This document shows, one piece after another, positions 43,614-51,689 of a DNA stretch of 64,000 nucleotides. Origin of the DNA: Akkermansia sp. (GTDB lineage: Bacteria > Verrucomicrobiota > Verrucomicrobiia > Verrucomicrobiales > Akkermansiaceae); the NCBI GenBank assembly GCA_030536145.1, contig JAUNQN010000004.1:34239-98238 (forward strand). Direction: 5' to 3'. The first letter of the stretch is position 1. The number at the start of each line of letters is the position of its first letter. The notes beneath the pieces were generated by a model. The model saw only the letters and a program-made list of their open reading frames with translations. It was not told the origin of the DNA and made no database searches. The position numbers and the translations under genes were made by a program.

Positions 43614-46600
43614 TTATCGGCGCCTGCGGCGGGCGGCCAGCGCGGCCAGGGCCAGCAAGGAGAACGTGCCCGTGGCGGGTTCCGGAACGTTGATTTCCGG
43701 GGTGTCTGCCCCCGCCGCGCCAAAGTACACTACGCCGCTCTTGAGTTTCAGCTCGCTGATGGTTACCTCTGTTTCACCCACGTTGCGCACCATGGTGGCA
43801 TTGGAGCTGTTCGAGATGTTCACGTCGTCGCCGAAGTTCACTGCCACGCAGTCTCCATCGCCTACCTGCATGCCGTCAAACATACTGGCATCGAACTTTA
43901 CGTTGGCCATGGTCAGTTCACAGTTGATCATGTTGCGCACGTCGAAGATGTAGCAGGTCCCCGTTTCCGTGTCCTGCGTGGTGTAGGCGGTCCCGGTGAG
44001 GTCGATGACCACGTTGCTGAGCGTGATGGCATGGCTGCCCGTGGAGATGCTCACATCTGCCGCCATGCCCACGTTTTCCACGCACAGGTTGTCATTGGAG
44101 ACGATATCCACGCCGCGCAGCATGCTTTCCACCGGGTTGGCGTCTGATGCCCCGGAGATGAGGTTGTAGGAAATAGTCAGTTTTTCCAGCTCGGCAGCCT
44201 TTGCCTCCCGGTTGGTGATGGACATGGCGGAGCTGCCCTGAGTGAATCTCACGCCGGTGGCGGTACTCTTGCTCTCCGCCTTGTCCGTGCCCAGCACCAC
44301 CTTGCCGGCAGAGCTGTCCAGCTTGCTGTCCTTGAACTCTATCTTCTTGCCCGCCTCCGCTGCCAGGTACAGGGTGCCCTTGTTCACCACGGCTGCCTTT
44401 CCGTCCGTGTTGCTGCCGAAGGATACGTCCCCGTTCCACGCAAATTCCGCCGTGGCTCCCTCTGCGTTGTACAGGTCGTTGCCCTCCTGGGCTGAGTTGC
44501 CGGAGAAGGTGACCTCCTTGTTGCCGGAGACGGAAAGGGCGCTTTCATTGTAGATGGCGCCGCCCTGCGCGGTTTTGTCTGCCGTGACGGAGTTGCCGGT
44601 GAAGCGGACGACCTGGTTCTCTCCCGAAATCTCCAAGGATGATTCCTGGGCCAGGTGGATGGCTCCGCCGCGTGCCACGCCTTCATGAACGGGGGTGGAG
44701 GCCGTGGCGGAGTTGCCGGTGAAGATTACTTCCCGGTTGTCGCAGATGCTGCCTTGTGCTCCGTATCTGCCGTTTTCGCCAACGTTCATGGTATCCAGGA
44801 ACAGGGCACCGCCGCGGGCAAAGGCGGCAGTGTCGTTTGTGCTGTCCTGCGGGTCTGTGAATTTCGCGGTGGCACTGTTGGCATGGAACACCACACTATC
44901 GTTCCCTTGGATGCTCATGGATGGGATGGCGTAGAGGAAAGAACCATCGGACTGGAGGTAGCTTGTACTCAGGCCGTCAAACTTGACAGCCAATGCACCG
45001 CCGGAGGCATGGCTGCCCTGGATGTATTCTTTTAGCCTGGTGTCGTAGTAGTAGTTTCCGGGGTTGTTGACCTCCACGGAGTTGTTGCTGAACTCTATAT
45101 TGTGGTTCCTGTCCAGCTCGATATACATGGCTGCCAATCCGCCGCCGCAGCCGAACACGTCCTTGCCGCTCACGGAGTTGCCGGAGAAGGTGATGCCGGC
45201 ATTGTCGTTCATGTAGGCGCGTTCCAGGGCATAGGCTCCGCCGCCGTGTACATGGGTGCCCTCTACCCGGTTGTTTGAGATGAGGACTTGCCCGCTGGAC
45301 TTGATGGAGAAGGAGTCCTCCGAGCCAATGCCTCCGCCGCCGTATGCGGAGAATTTTCCCCAATCGTCCGCCATTGTGTTGGAGATGGTTGCTTGGTTGC
45401 CGCTGATATTTACATCACCGCCGCCCTTGATTTCCACATAGGATTTGGCGGAAATGCCGCCACCGGTGCCGATGTACTTGGCATTGGTGACGGAGACCTC
45501 TCCGCCGTGGATATAGAGCTGCCCCTCTGCCACCACCCCCCCGGCCTGCCAGCGCCCGCCGCCTGCTACCTCCAGCCCGCCGTTCAGCAGAGCCATGGCA
45601 CCGTCTGCCACTTTGAACATGGGGGAAAGCGGGTCGGCTGTGTAGGAAACGGAAATCTTGGCATCCCTTTCCGTGGTAAACACAATGGCTGCAGGTGTTT
45701 GGGTCCCCTCGTACGTGCCGCCACCTATGCACAGTGTGGAATCGGTAAAGGTGGCAGATTGGGTGAGGGTGCAGGTTTGGTTCACTTGGTCGCTGATACT
45801 TGCTACACTGGTTTGCGATGCTCTCTCAGCCACCTTTTTCCCTGTGGTGTGTGATGTTTCGGGTGTATCGATGTAGGAGACATCGTAAAGCATGTAATTG
45901 TACATGGAATACCAGCTGCCGTACCGATCGTTGCCAATCGTGACTGTGCCATCGGCCTCCTCTTTCAAGGTGAGAATGATGGCTCCATACTGCTTGTCAT
46001 CGGAATCCGTGACAATCAGGCCGGTGATATTGCCCTTGTCATCGGTCTCATACCCCCAGCAGGTAATGGCATGCATGCCTGAGTAGTACCTGTCGTTATG
46101 GCATACTGACAAGTTGACCGCCTGCCCTTGGGTGGAGAATGCCTTTTGCAGGGTGCTGTCGATGATAGACTTGTTGGTCTTCAGCCCCTTGTCGATAAAC
46201 AGGGAATAGAATGAAGCGTCTTGCAATCCGGAGGCATAGGCAGGCTGGGTACTGCCGAAGATTTTCGTGTAATAGCCGCCGGAATTTTCATCCTTGAGGG
46301 AGCTGCCATAGGGTACGTATCTCCCGCCTGTCATCCACCAGGAGTATGCACTGTACACATAGCCGCTGCTTTCCGTCCAGCTTGCCAACAACTCGTCGTA
46401 CACTGCCAGGGAATCCGTGCCTGCAGGTTCTGTGTAGCCTGTTGTCACGCCCATGGCCGGGTCCGTTCCCTGGTCGCGGAAGTTGTAATAGGTATCCTGC
46501 CAGTACTGTATGACGTTGGAGGCTGCCGCAGCCCAACACATCACATAATCGTTCCGGTATCCTTCTGCTTTATACGCAGGAAGCGAAGCATCAGCGCTGT

Positions 46601-46748
46601 ACGTCAGTTTGCCGTTGTCATACACATTGCCGGAGACAATGGTGCAGTCTGCCTTTGCCGCAGGGGAGAGCGCGGCGAGCAGGAGTGCCATGGAAAGGGA
46701 ACAAATCTTCACACCCGTGTTTATAGCTGTTATAGGGTAGGATGTCAA
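43614..46748 (-). CDS. IdeS/Mac-like cysteine protease domain + long beta-helix repeat region + PEP-CTERM anchor
   Basis: 1044 aa. It has YVMCWAAAASNVIQYWQ and MHAITCWGYETDDKGNITGLIVTDSDD (Asp at His+22 and His+24). The C-terminus is VPEPATGTFSLLALAALAARRRRR. The start is uncertain (46748, or the Met at 46691). Confidence 0.78.
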   Translation of the reverse strand: MTSYPITAINTGVKICSLSMALLLAALSPAAKADCTIVSGNVYDNGKLTYSADASLPAYKAEGYRNDYVMCWAAAASNVIQYWQDTYYNFRDQGTDPAMGVTTGYTEPAGTDSLAVYDELLASWTESSGYVYSAYSWWMTGGRYVPYGSSLKDENSGGYYTKIFGSTQPAYASGLQDASFYSLFIDKGLKTNKSIIDSTLQKAFSTQGQAVNLSVCHNDRYYSGMHAITCWGYETDDKGNITGLIVTDSDDKQYGAIILTLKEEADGTVTIGNDRYGSWYSMYNYMLYDVSYIDTPETSHTTGKKVAERASQTSVASISDQVNQTCTLTQSATFTDSTLCIGGGTYEGTQTPAAIVFTTERDAKISVSYTADPLSPMFKVADGAMALLNGGLEVAGGGRWQAGGVVAEGQLYIHGGEVSVTNAKYIGTGGGISAKSYVEIKGGGDVNISGNQATISNTMADDWGKFSAYGGGGIGSEDSFSIKSSGQVLISNNRVEGTHVHGGGAYALERAYMNDNAGITFSGNSVSGKDVFGCGGGLAAMYIELDRNHNIEFSNNSVEVNNPGNYYYDTRLKEYIQGSHASGGALAVKFDGLSTSYLQSDGSFLYAIPSMSIQGNDSVVFHANSATAKFTDPQDSTNDTAAFARGGALFLDTMNVGENGRYGAQGSICDNREVIFTGNSATASTPVHEGVARGGAIHLAQESSLEISGENQVVRFTGNSVTADKTAQGGAIYNESALSVSGNKEVTFSGNSAQEGNDLYNAEGATAEFAWNGDVSFGSNTDGKAAVVNKGTLYLAAEAGKKIEFKDSKLDSSAGKVVLGTDKAESKSTATGVRFTQGSSAMSITNREAKAAELEKLTISYNLISGASDANPVESMLRGVDIVSNDNLCVENVGMAADVSISTGSHAITLSNVVIDLTGTAYTTQDTETGTCYIFDVRNMINCELTMANVKFDASMFDGMQVGDGDCVAVNFGDDVNISNSSNATMVRNVGETEVTISELKLKSGVVYFGAAGADTPEINVPEPATGTFSLLALAALAARRRRR

Positions 46749-46961
46749 GTGCGCGTTTCCGGGGGATAAATCGGAGGTTTGCAGGGGCGTTTTATGGGTA
46801 AGTTCCTAGTTTTCAGGGTAATGTGTAAAATGGGAAAGCGCCGGGGGAGGAAAATCTGAAAGTGCGTATCCAATATGCACGGTATGTGTAAGTCTTTGAT
46901 AGTAAATATCCCCAAAGGGTGGTTTTGCGGGAAATTGAAAAAAACGGAAAAAGATGGCCGA

Positions 46962-48017
46962 ATGGAGTCAACTACCGTGAATGAAAGAGAAAAGGACTAT
47001 GAGCAGCTGCTGCGCGGCACAGGGCTGACCCTGATGGAATGTGTGTGCCTGGGCAAGAGCCTGAGTGAACAGAGGGCGGAGCTGGATCTGCCGCCGGAGC
47101 TGAGCCTGGTGCGTGATGCCAACCTGTACGGCAACGCGCTGCGGCAGTGGGTGGAGATGCAGCAGAGCCGGAGTTTCCGGGAGGTGGCGCGGCTGCATGT
47201 GGAAGACAAGCGGAACAAGCGCAGCCGCACGCGCAGGGAGTGCAGCGAGATGCTGGCGCGGATGATGCGGGAGGTCCCCGGTCTGGCGGGGCAGATGGTA
47301 CGGAGTATAACCACGGAGTATTGCCGCCAGGTGATAGGGCGGGTGTTTGAGACCCAGGCCATGCGGAACAAGGCCCGGCGTATCCTGCACAATTTTTTCG
47401 AGACCTGCCGGATTAACGGCTGGTGCGGGAAAAACCCCGTGGCGGATATACACTACGCCGCCGCAGAGGAGAGTACCATCCATGTGCTCAGCCTGCCGCA
47501 GATAGGGAGATTGTTGCAAACGGTGTACAAGCCGGAGCACCGGGATTGTGCCGCAGCCGTGGGGCTGATGCTGTGGTGTGGCATACGCCCGTATGAGGTG
47601 GCGCGCCTGCAGTGGGGTGATGTGGACCTGGCGGAGCGTGTGGTGTTTGTAAGCCCGCGGCACAGCAAGACCGGCGGTGCGCGGCAGGTGCCCCTGCGCG
47701 CGCCGGTGCTGCGGCTGCTGCGCCGGGAATCTGCCGCCCGTGCGGCGGGGGGCAGGATTGTGCCGCGCGACTGGACCCGGCGCTGGAAACGCCTGCGCCG
47801 GGCGGCAGGGTTTGCCGTGTGGCGGGCGGATACGCTGCGCCACACATTCGCCAGCTACCATTTCAAATTCTTCCAGGATGCCGGGCAGTTGCAGTGGGAG
47901 ATGGGCCATACCAGTGCCGCCCAGCTGCGCAGCCGCTACCTGAACATGCGCGGTTTTACCCGTGCGGAGGCTGCGCGGTTCTGGCACCTCCGCCCGGAGC
48001 TGGAGCCTGCGGGGTAA
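46962..48017 (+). CDS. tyrosine recombinase / phage-type integrase
   Basis: About 351 aa from MESTTVNERE. It has GIRPYEVARLQWGDVD (box I Arg), HSKTGGARQVPL, LRHTFASY, GH and RSRYLN (catalytic Tyr region). Confidence 0.85.
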   Translation: MESTTVNEREKDYEQLLRGTGLTLMECVCLGKSLSEQRAELDLPPELSLVRDANLYGNALRQWVEMQQSRSFREVARLHVEDKRNKRSRTRRECSEMLARMMREVPGLAGQMVRSITTEYCRQVIGRVFETQAMRNKARRILHNFFETCRINGWCGKNPVADIHYAAAEESTIHVLSLPQIGRLLQTVYKPEHRDCAAAVGLMLWCGIRPYEVARLQWGDVDLAERVVFVSPRHSKTGGARQVPLRAPVLRLLRRESAARAAGGRIVPRDWTRRWKRLRRAAGFAVWRADTLRHTFASYHFKFFQDAGQLQWEMGHTSAAQLRSRYLNMRGFTRAEAARFWHLRPELEPAG

Positions 48018-48021
48018 TAAA

Positions 48022-48047
48022 ATACGCGCCCGGTATGGGGCGCGTAT
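48022..48047. terminator. hairpin between convergent integrase and HU genes
   Basis: 10-bp stem ATACGCGCCC/GGGCGCGTAT with a 6-nt loop. Confidence 0.55.
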
Positions 48048-48073
48048 GGAAAGGGGATGGAACCCGTGTGGGG

Positions 48074-48340
48074 TCAGCCCTTGATGGAGGAGGAGGGCTT
48101 GAATGTAACGGTGGAGCTGGCGGGAATCTCCATGGTCTCACCGGTACGGGGATTGCGACCCTTGCGGGCAGGACGGTTCTTGGTCTCGAAGGAGCCGAAA
48201 CCCACGAGCTGGACCTTCTCCTTGGCCACGGACTTGATGATGGCGGCGAGAGTGGCGTTCAGGGCGTCTGCGGCAGCCTGCTTGGTGGCCTCCGGGCCAA
48301 GCTCCTTCTGGATAACGTCGATAAGCTGAGTCTTGTTCAT
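48074..48340 (-). CDS. hup: HU-family nucleoid-associated DNA-binding protein
   Basis: 88 aa from MNKTQLIDVIQKEL. It has GFGSFETKNRPARKGRNPRTGETMEIPA (the HU beta-arm). Confidence 0.92.
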   Translation of the reverse strand: MNKTQLIDVIQKELGPEATKQAAADALNATLAAIIKSVAKEKVQLVGFGSFETKNRPARKGRNPRTGETMEIPASSTVTFKPSSSIKG

Positions 48341-48453
48341 AAATGTTTTCTGCGGGATTGCCCAGCGAAGATAGCAGCTAACTCCCTTTTTTGCAAGCAC
48401 TAAATACCCGTGATGACTAACAAATATGCGTGCGCGCCGGCCTGCCGCAGGGG

Positions 48454-49035
48454 TCAGGGGGAGAAAGCCAGGGCACCCATGAATCCCGGTGCCGGGGAAA
48501 AGAGCTCCACCTGCGGCGCATCCGGGAATTGCGGGACAATGCGGCCTGCATCATACAGGAATGGGAACCGCCCCTGAGCGTGCCAGATGCCGGAGCCGGC
48601 GTGCTTGACCAGGGCCTCTGCGGCGCACCAGCATGCATAGAACTCCTGCTGCGGGCAGCCGCGCTCCATGAAGGCGGCCAGCTGCGGTGCGGCCATGAAC
48701 CGCTCCGCCAGGGCGGCAAAGGGGCGCGGGCGCATGTACTCCACATCCACGCCTATTTCCCGGTGGTGGAAAGCCAGGCACAGGCAATCACGGGAGTGGC
48801 TCATGTTGAACGGCTGCGGGGGGAAGTGCGGCTTGCCGTTCTCCCCGTATTGCAGGCGTATCCCCTGCACCTGCAGCCCGGTGAGCCGTGCCAGCTCCCG
48901 CCGCAGGAGCATGCGGCGTGCCAGGTAGGGCGCGCCGTGGCGGGCGTATGCCTCCTGCTCATGCGCATCCAGCAGGGCGGCATCCGCCGGGGCTGCGGGG
49001 GGGATTTGGCTGCTGTTGTAAACCAGGTAGTGCAT
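48454..49035 (-). CDS. Sfp/EntD-type 4'-phosphopantetheinyl transferase
   Basis: 193 aa. It has GKPHF, FNMSHSRD, IGVDVE and WCAAEALVKH motifs. Its start overlaps the upstream stop (TGATG). Confidence 0.85.
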   Translation of the reverse strand: MHYLVYNSSQIPPAAPADAALLDAHEQEAYARHGAPYLARRMLLRRELARLTGLQVQGIRLQYGENGKPHFPPQPFNMSHSRDCLCLAFHHREIGVDVEYMRPRPFAALAERFMAAPQLAAFMERGCPQQEFYACWCAAEALVKHAGSGIWHAQGRFPFLYDAGRIVPQFPDAPQVELFSPAPGFMGALAFSP

Positions 49036-49532
49036 CAGAGCGGAAGGATGGCGGCGGTGTTGGCCGCCGTATCATACACGGCCAGGGAGGGGTGGCCGCC
49101 GCGGCCCAGGATTTCCCCGGGATTGCACACCAGGGTGCTGCCGCTGCAGCGGTTGAAGGCCTGGTGGGTGTGGCCGAAGAATACGGCATCATACCTGCCG
49201 AACATGAGCGCCTTTTCCGCCTGGGCGGGCAGGTGGGTGAAATAGACCCGGCGCCCGCCCAGCTCCAGCTCCCCGGAGAAGCCGTGCAGCGTGGTGCAGG
49301 GGTAGGATTCCGCCTGGGTGCGGAAAGAGTCGTGCTCAAACTCGTTGTTGCCGAACACCAGGTCCAGCTGCAAATGGGCGGGCCAGGCGGCACGCAGGGC
49401 GGCAAAGGTGGCGCTGCGCACCATGTCCCCCATGCAGAGCATGCGGGTGCAGCCCTGCTGCAGGGCCAGCTCCACGGCGCGCTGCATGTTGGCCGTGTTG
49501 TCGTGTATATCTGATACCAGTGCTGCGCGCAT
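49035..49532 (-). CDS. YfcE/MJ0936-type metallophosphoesterase
   Basis: 165 aa. It has SDIHDN, MGDMV, GNNEFE and FGHTHQ motifs. The start is 6 nt after the upstream stop. Confidence 0.85.
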   Translation of the reverse strand: MRAALVSDIHDNTANMQRAVELALQQGCTRMLCMGDMVRSATFAALRAAWPAHLQLDLVFGNNEFEHDSFRTQAESYPCTTLHGFSGELELGGRRVYFTHLPAQAEKALMFGRYDAVFFGHTHQAFNRCSGSTLVCNPGEILGRGGHPSLAVYDTAANTAAILPL

Positions 49533-49538
49533 GGCTTG

Positions 49539-51689
49539 CTATTTCTTCTTTTCAGCGGTAAAGAGGGGGGAGAAGGGGATGGCACCCTGCATCTCCTCCC
49601 CGTGGCGGGCGGTGCTCAGCCCCTCTTCGGTCAGGAACCACACCATCTGCCTGCCCTGCGGGCGCAGGCTGTAGCAGGGGCTGCCGTCCGGCTGCACGAA
49701 ACCGCAGAAACGCGGGCTGATATCCATGAACCCGGTAAAGTTCTCTGCCATTTCCCCGCTGTAGTCCGCGCGGGTGTGCTTGCCGAACCATTCTGCAAAG
49801 GCCTTCTCCGCGCGCTCGTGCGCGGGGTCTGCATGCAGCCAGCAGTTGCCGTCCAGCTCCACGCCGCAGCGCTTGCGCAGCTGGTCGAACTCACGCATAT
49901 CCGCCTGCAGGGAGGGGGAGTAGGGCAGGCCGGTGAGCATGCGCTGCCCGCTGCCTTTCACCATGTCCAGCAGCTTGCCGTACACATAGGCGCGCGCCAG
50001 CGCCGGGCATTCCGGGGCCTGGCAGCGTATCACGGCGGCCAGGGCCTTGCCGTAGTTCAGCCCGGCATAGAATTCCGTGCGGTCCTGCGTGTGCAGGCAG
50101 GCGGCCAGGGGGGAGGGGTCTATGCGGCGGGAGCTCACCCAGTGCGGGTCCGGCCAGGTGGTGGCGGCATCGCTGCCGGTGGGCTTGCCGGGGTCCAGGT
50201 TGGAACGCAGGAAATGCACCCGGCCGTCCTTGACCTCCGGTGCGGCCTCGGAGAAGAAGGTGTCTCCCTTCTCATTGCTGATGGCGTACAGCGGGGTGGA
50301 GAGGGCGGTGCAGCCCAGCAGGTCGTCCGCCGCATGCGTTTCCGCCGTGGTGGCGGGAAACTCCGGGGAGATGGCGGATTCCCCCTGCACCAGGGTCCTG
50401 CGGGCGGCGGCCAGCAGGTTGTGGGGAATGTTCTTGCCGCTGCTGATGAGCTCCCGCAGCATGGTGCCGTGGTCCGGCAGGGTGGCGGCGGTCTCCTTGG
50501 CGGCGGCCAGGGCGGTGTAGTATTTTGGGGAAACCAGGGCCAGCTGGTGGCGGTAGCTGCCGTAGTCCTGCGCAGCGGCCAGCCTGGCCAGGCTCTCCTG
50601 CAGGCGGCGGTTCTCCCGCAGCATGGCGTTCACTTTCTTGAGCGCCCGTTGCGCGGGTTCCACCAGCGCCTCGTCCTCCATGCCGGTGCTGTGGGAATCT
50701 GCAAAAATCAGGCAGCGTTCCATCAGCTCGGAGCGCAGGCTCTCCAGCTTCTGCTCGTCCGCCTTCAGGTCGTTCCCCGGCTCCACCATGGAGGGCAGGG
50801 GCTCTGCCAGCTTGCGCATCAGCTGCATGCGCTGGGCGGCCAGCTGCTGCTTTTCCGCCTCGCAGAACTTGGCCCAGTCCTTGCGGAGCTTGTCGGCGGA
50901 CTTGGGCAGGGCATCCAGGCTCTGCTCAATCTCCATGCGGCGTATGGGACCCATCTCTGCCACGGAAAGCTTTCCGGCGCCGATGCGCTGCATCAGCCCG
51001 GCAAGCTCCTTCATGGTGGCTTCCTCCCTGCGGATGCGGGTGCGTGCCGCGTTTACCAGGAAATCCATGCGCTTGCAGAAGAAGCGGTTGAATCCCGTAT
51101 CCACCGCTTTCAGGCAGGCGGCCAGCTCCGGGGTATCCCCCGTGCGCAGGCTGGCTTGCAGGCGGTCTGCGCTCTGCTCCGCATGGCGGCCCAGCAGCAC
51201 CCAGGTGAGCACCAGCAGCGCGGCCGCCCCTGCGGCTATGCCGCCCGCCACCACCTGGCGGCGCATGGGCTTGGCACGGCGTGCCAGCTCACGCTCCAGC
51301 GCTTGGCTGTACTGGCGGTAGGTGCGCTGCCCCTCTGCATCCAGCAGGTGCCCGGCCAGTTTTTCCTTGCGGGTGATTTCCTTGCGGGCGCGCTTGAGCC
51401 TGGCCCGTTTCCACCCGACAAAGAGCTGGGGATCCTGCCGGAAGGCCTGCAGGGCATCCGTGAGCCGTTCCAGGTTCTGGTCATCCTTTGCCTGCTCCTT
51501 GCGGTGGAAAATCGCCAGGGTCTGGAGCGGCTGGCCGGAATCCAGGCGCTCCAGTTCTGCGCGCGCCACCGCGTGGTTGGGGTTCTTGCGCAGGATGTCT
51601 ATCAGCACGTTGCGGGCGGCTGCCATGTCCCCCTGCGCGGCGTATTTGCGCAGGGCCTGAAAGGCGGGGTCTGCTTTTCTTCTGCTCAT
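49539..51689 (-). CDS. large single-pass membrane protein with TPR-like N-terminus (GTPase-operon gene 3)
   Basis: About 716 aa from MSRRKADPAFQ. It has a TPR-like AAQGDMAAARNVLIDILRKNPNHAVARAEL segment and a TM helix VVAGGIAAGAAALLVLTWVLLG after RRAKPMRR. About 540 aa follow the TM. Its ATG overlaps the upstream stop (ATGA at 51686-51689). Confidence 0.7.
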   Translation of the reverse strand: MSRRKADPAFQALRKYAAQGDMAAARNVLIDILRKNPNHAVARAELERLDSGQPLQTLAIFHRKEQAKDDQNLERLTDALQAFRQDPQLFVGWKRARLKRARKEITRKEKLAGHLLDAEGQRTYRQYSQALERELARRAKPMRRQVVAGGIAAGAAALLVLTWVLLGRHAEQSADRLQASLRTGDTPELAACLKAVDTGFNRFFCKRMDFLVNAARTRIRREEATMKELAGLMQRIGAGKLSVAEMGPIRRMEIEQSLDALPKSADKLRKDWAKFCEAEKQQLAAQRMQLMRKLAEPLPSMVEPGNDLKADEQKLESLRSELMERCLIFADSHSTGMEDEALVEPAQRALKKVNAMLRENRRLQESLARLAAAQDYGSYRHQLALVSPKYYTALAAAKETAATLPDHGTMLRELISSGKNIPHNLLAAARRTLVQGESAISPEFPATTAETHAADDLLGCTALSTPLYAISNEKGDTFFSEAAPEVKDGRVHFLRSNLDPGKPTGSDAATTWPDPHWVSSRRIDPSPLAACLHTQDRTEFYAGLNYGKALAAVIRCQAPECPALARAYVYGKLLDMVKGSGQRMLTGLPYSPSLQADMREFDQLRKRCGVELDGNCWLHADPAHERAEKAFAEWFGKHTRADYSGEMAENFTGFMDISPRFCGFVQPDGSPCYSLRPQGRQMVWFLTEEGLSTARHGEEMQGAIPFSPLFTAEKKK

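Noticed and set aside
46962-48017. Calling the region around the integrase a prophage, ICE or genomic island
   Set aside because: There are no other mobile-element genes, no flanking direct repeats and no adjacent tRNA. Only a by-eye GC dip is seen. I report the recombinase as a CDS and raise the island idea only as a hypothesis.
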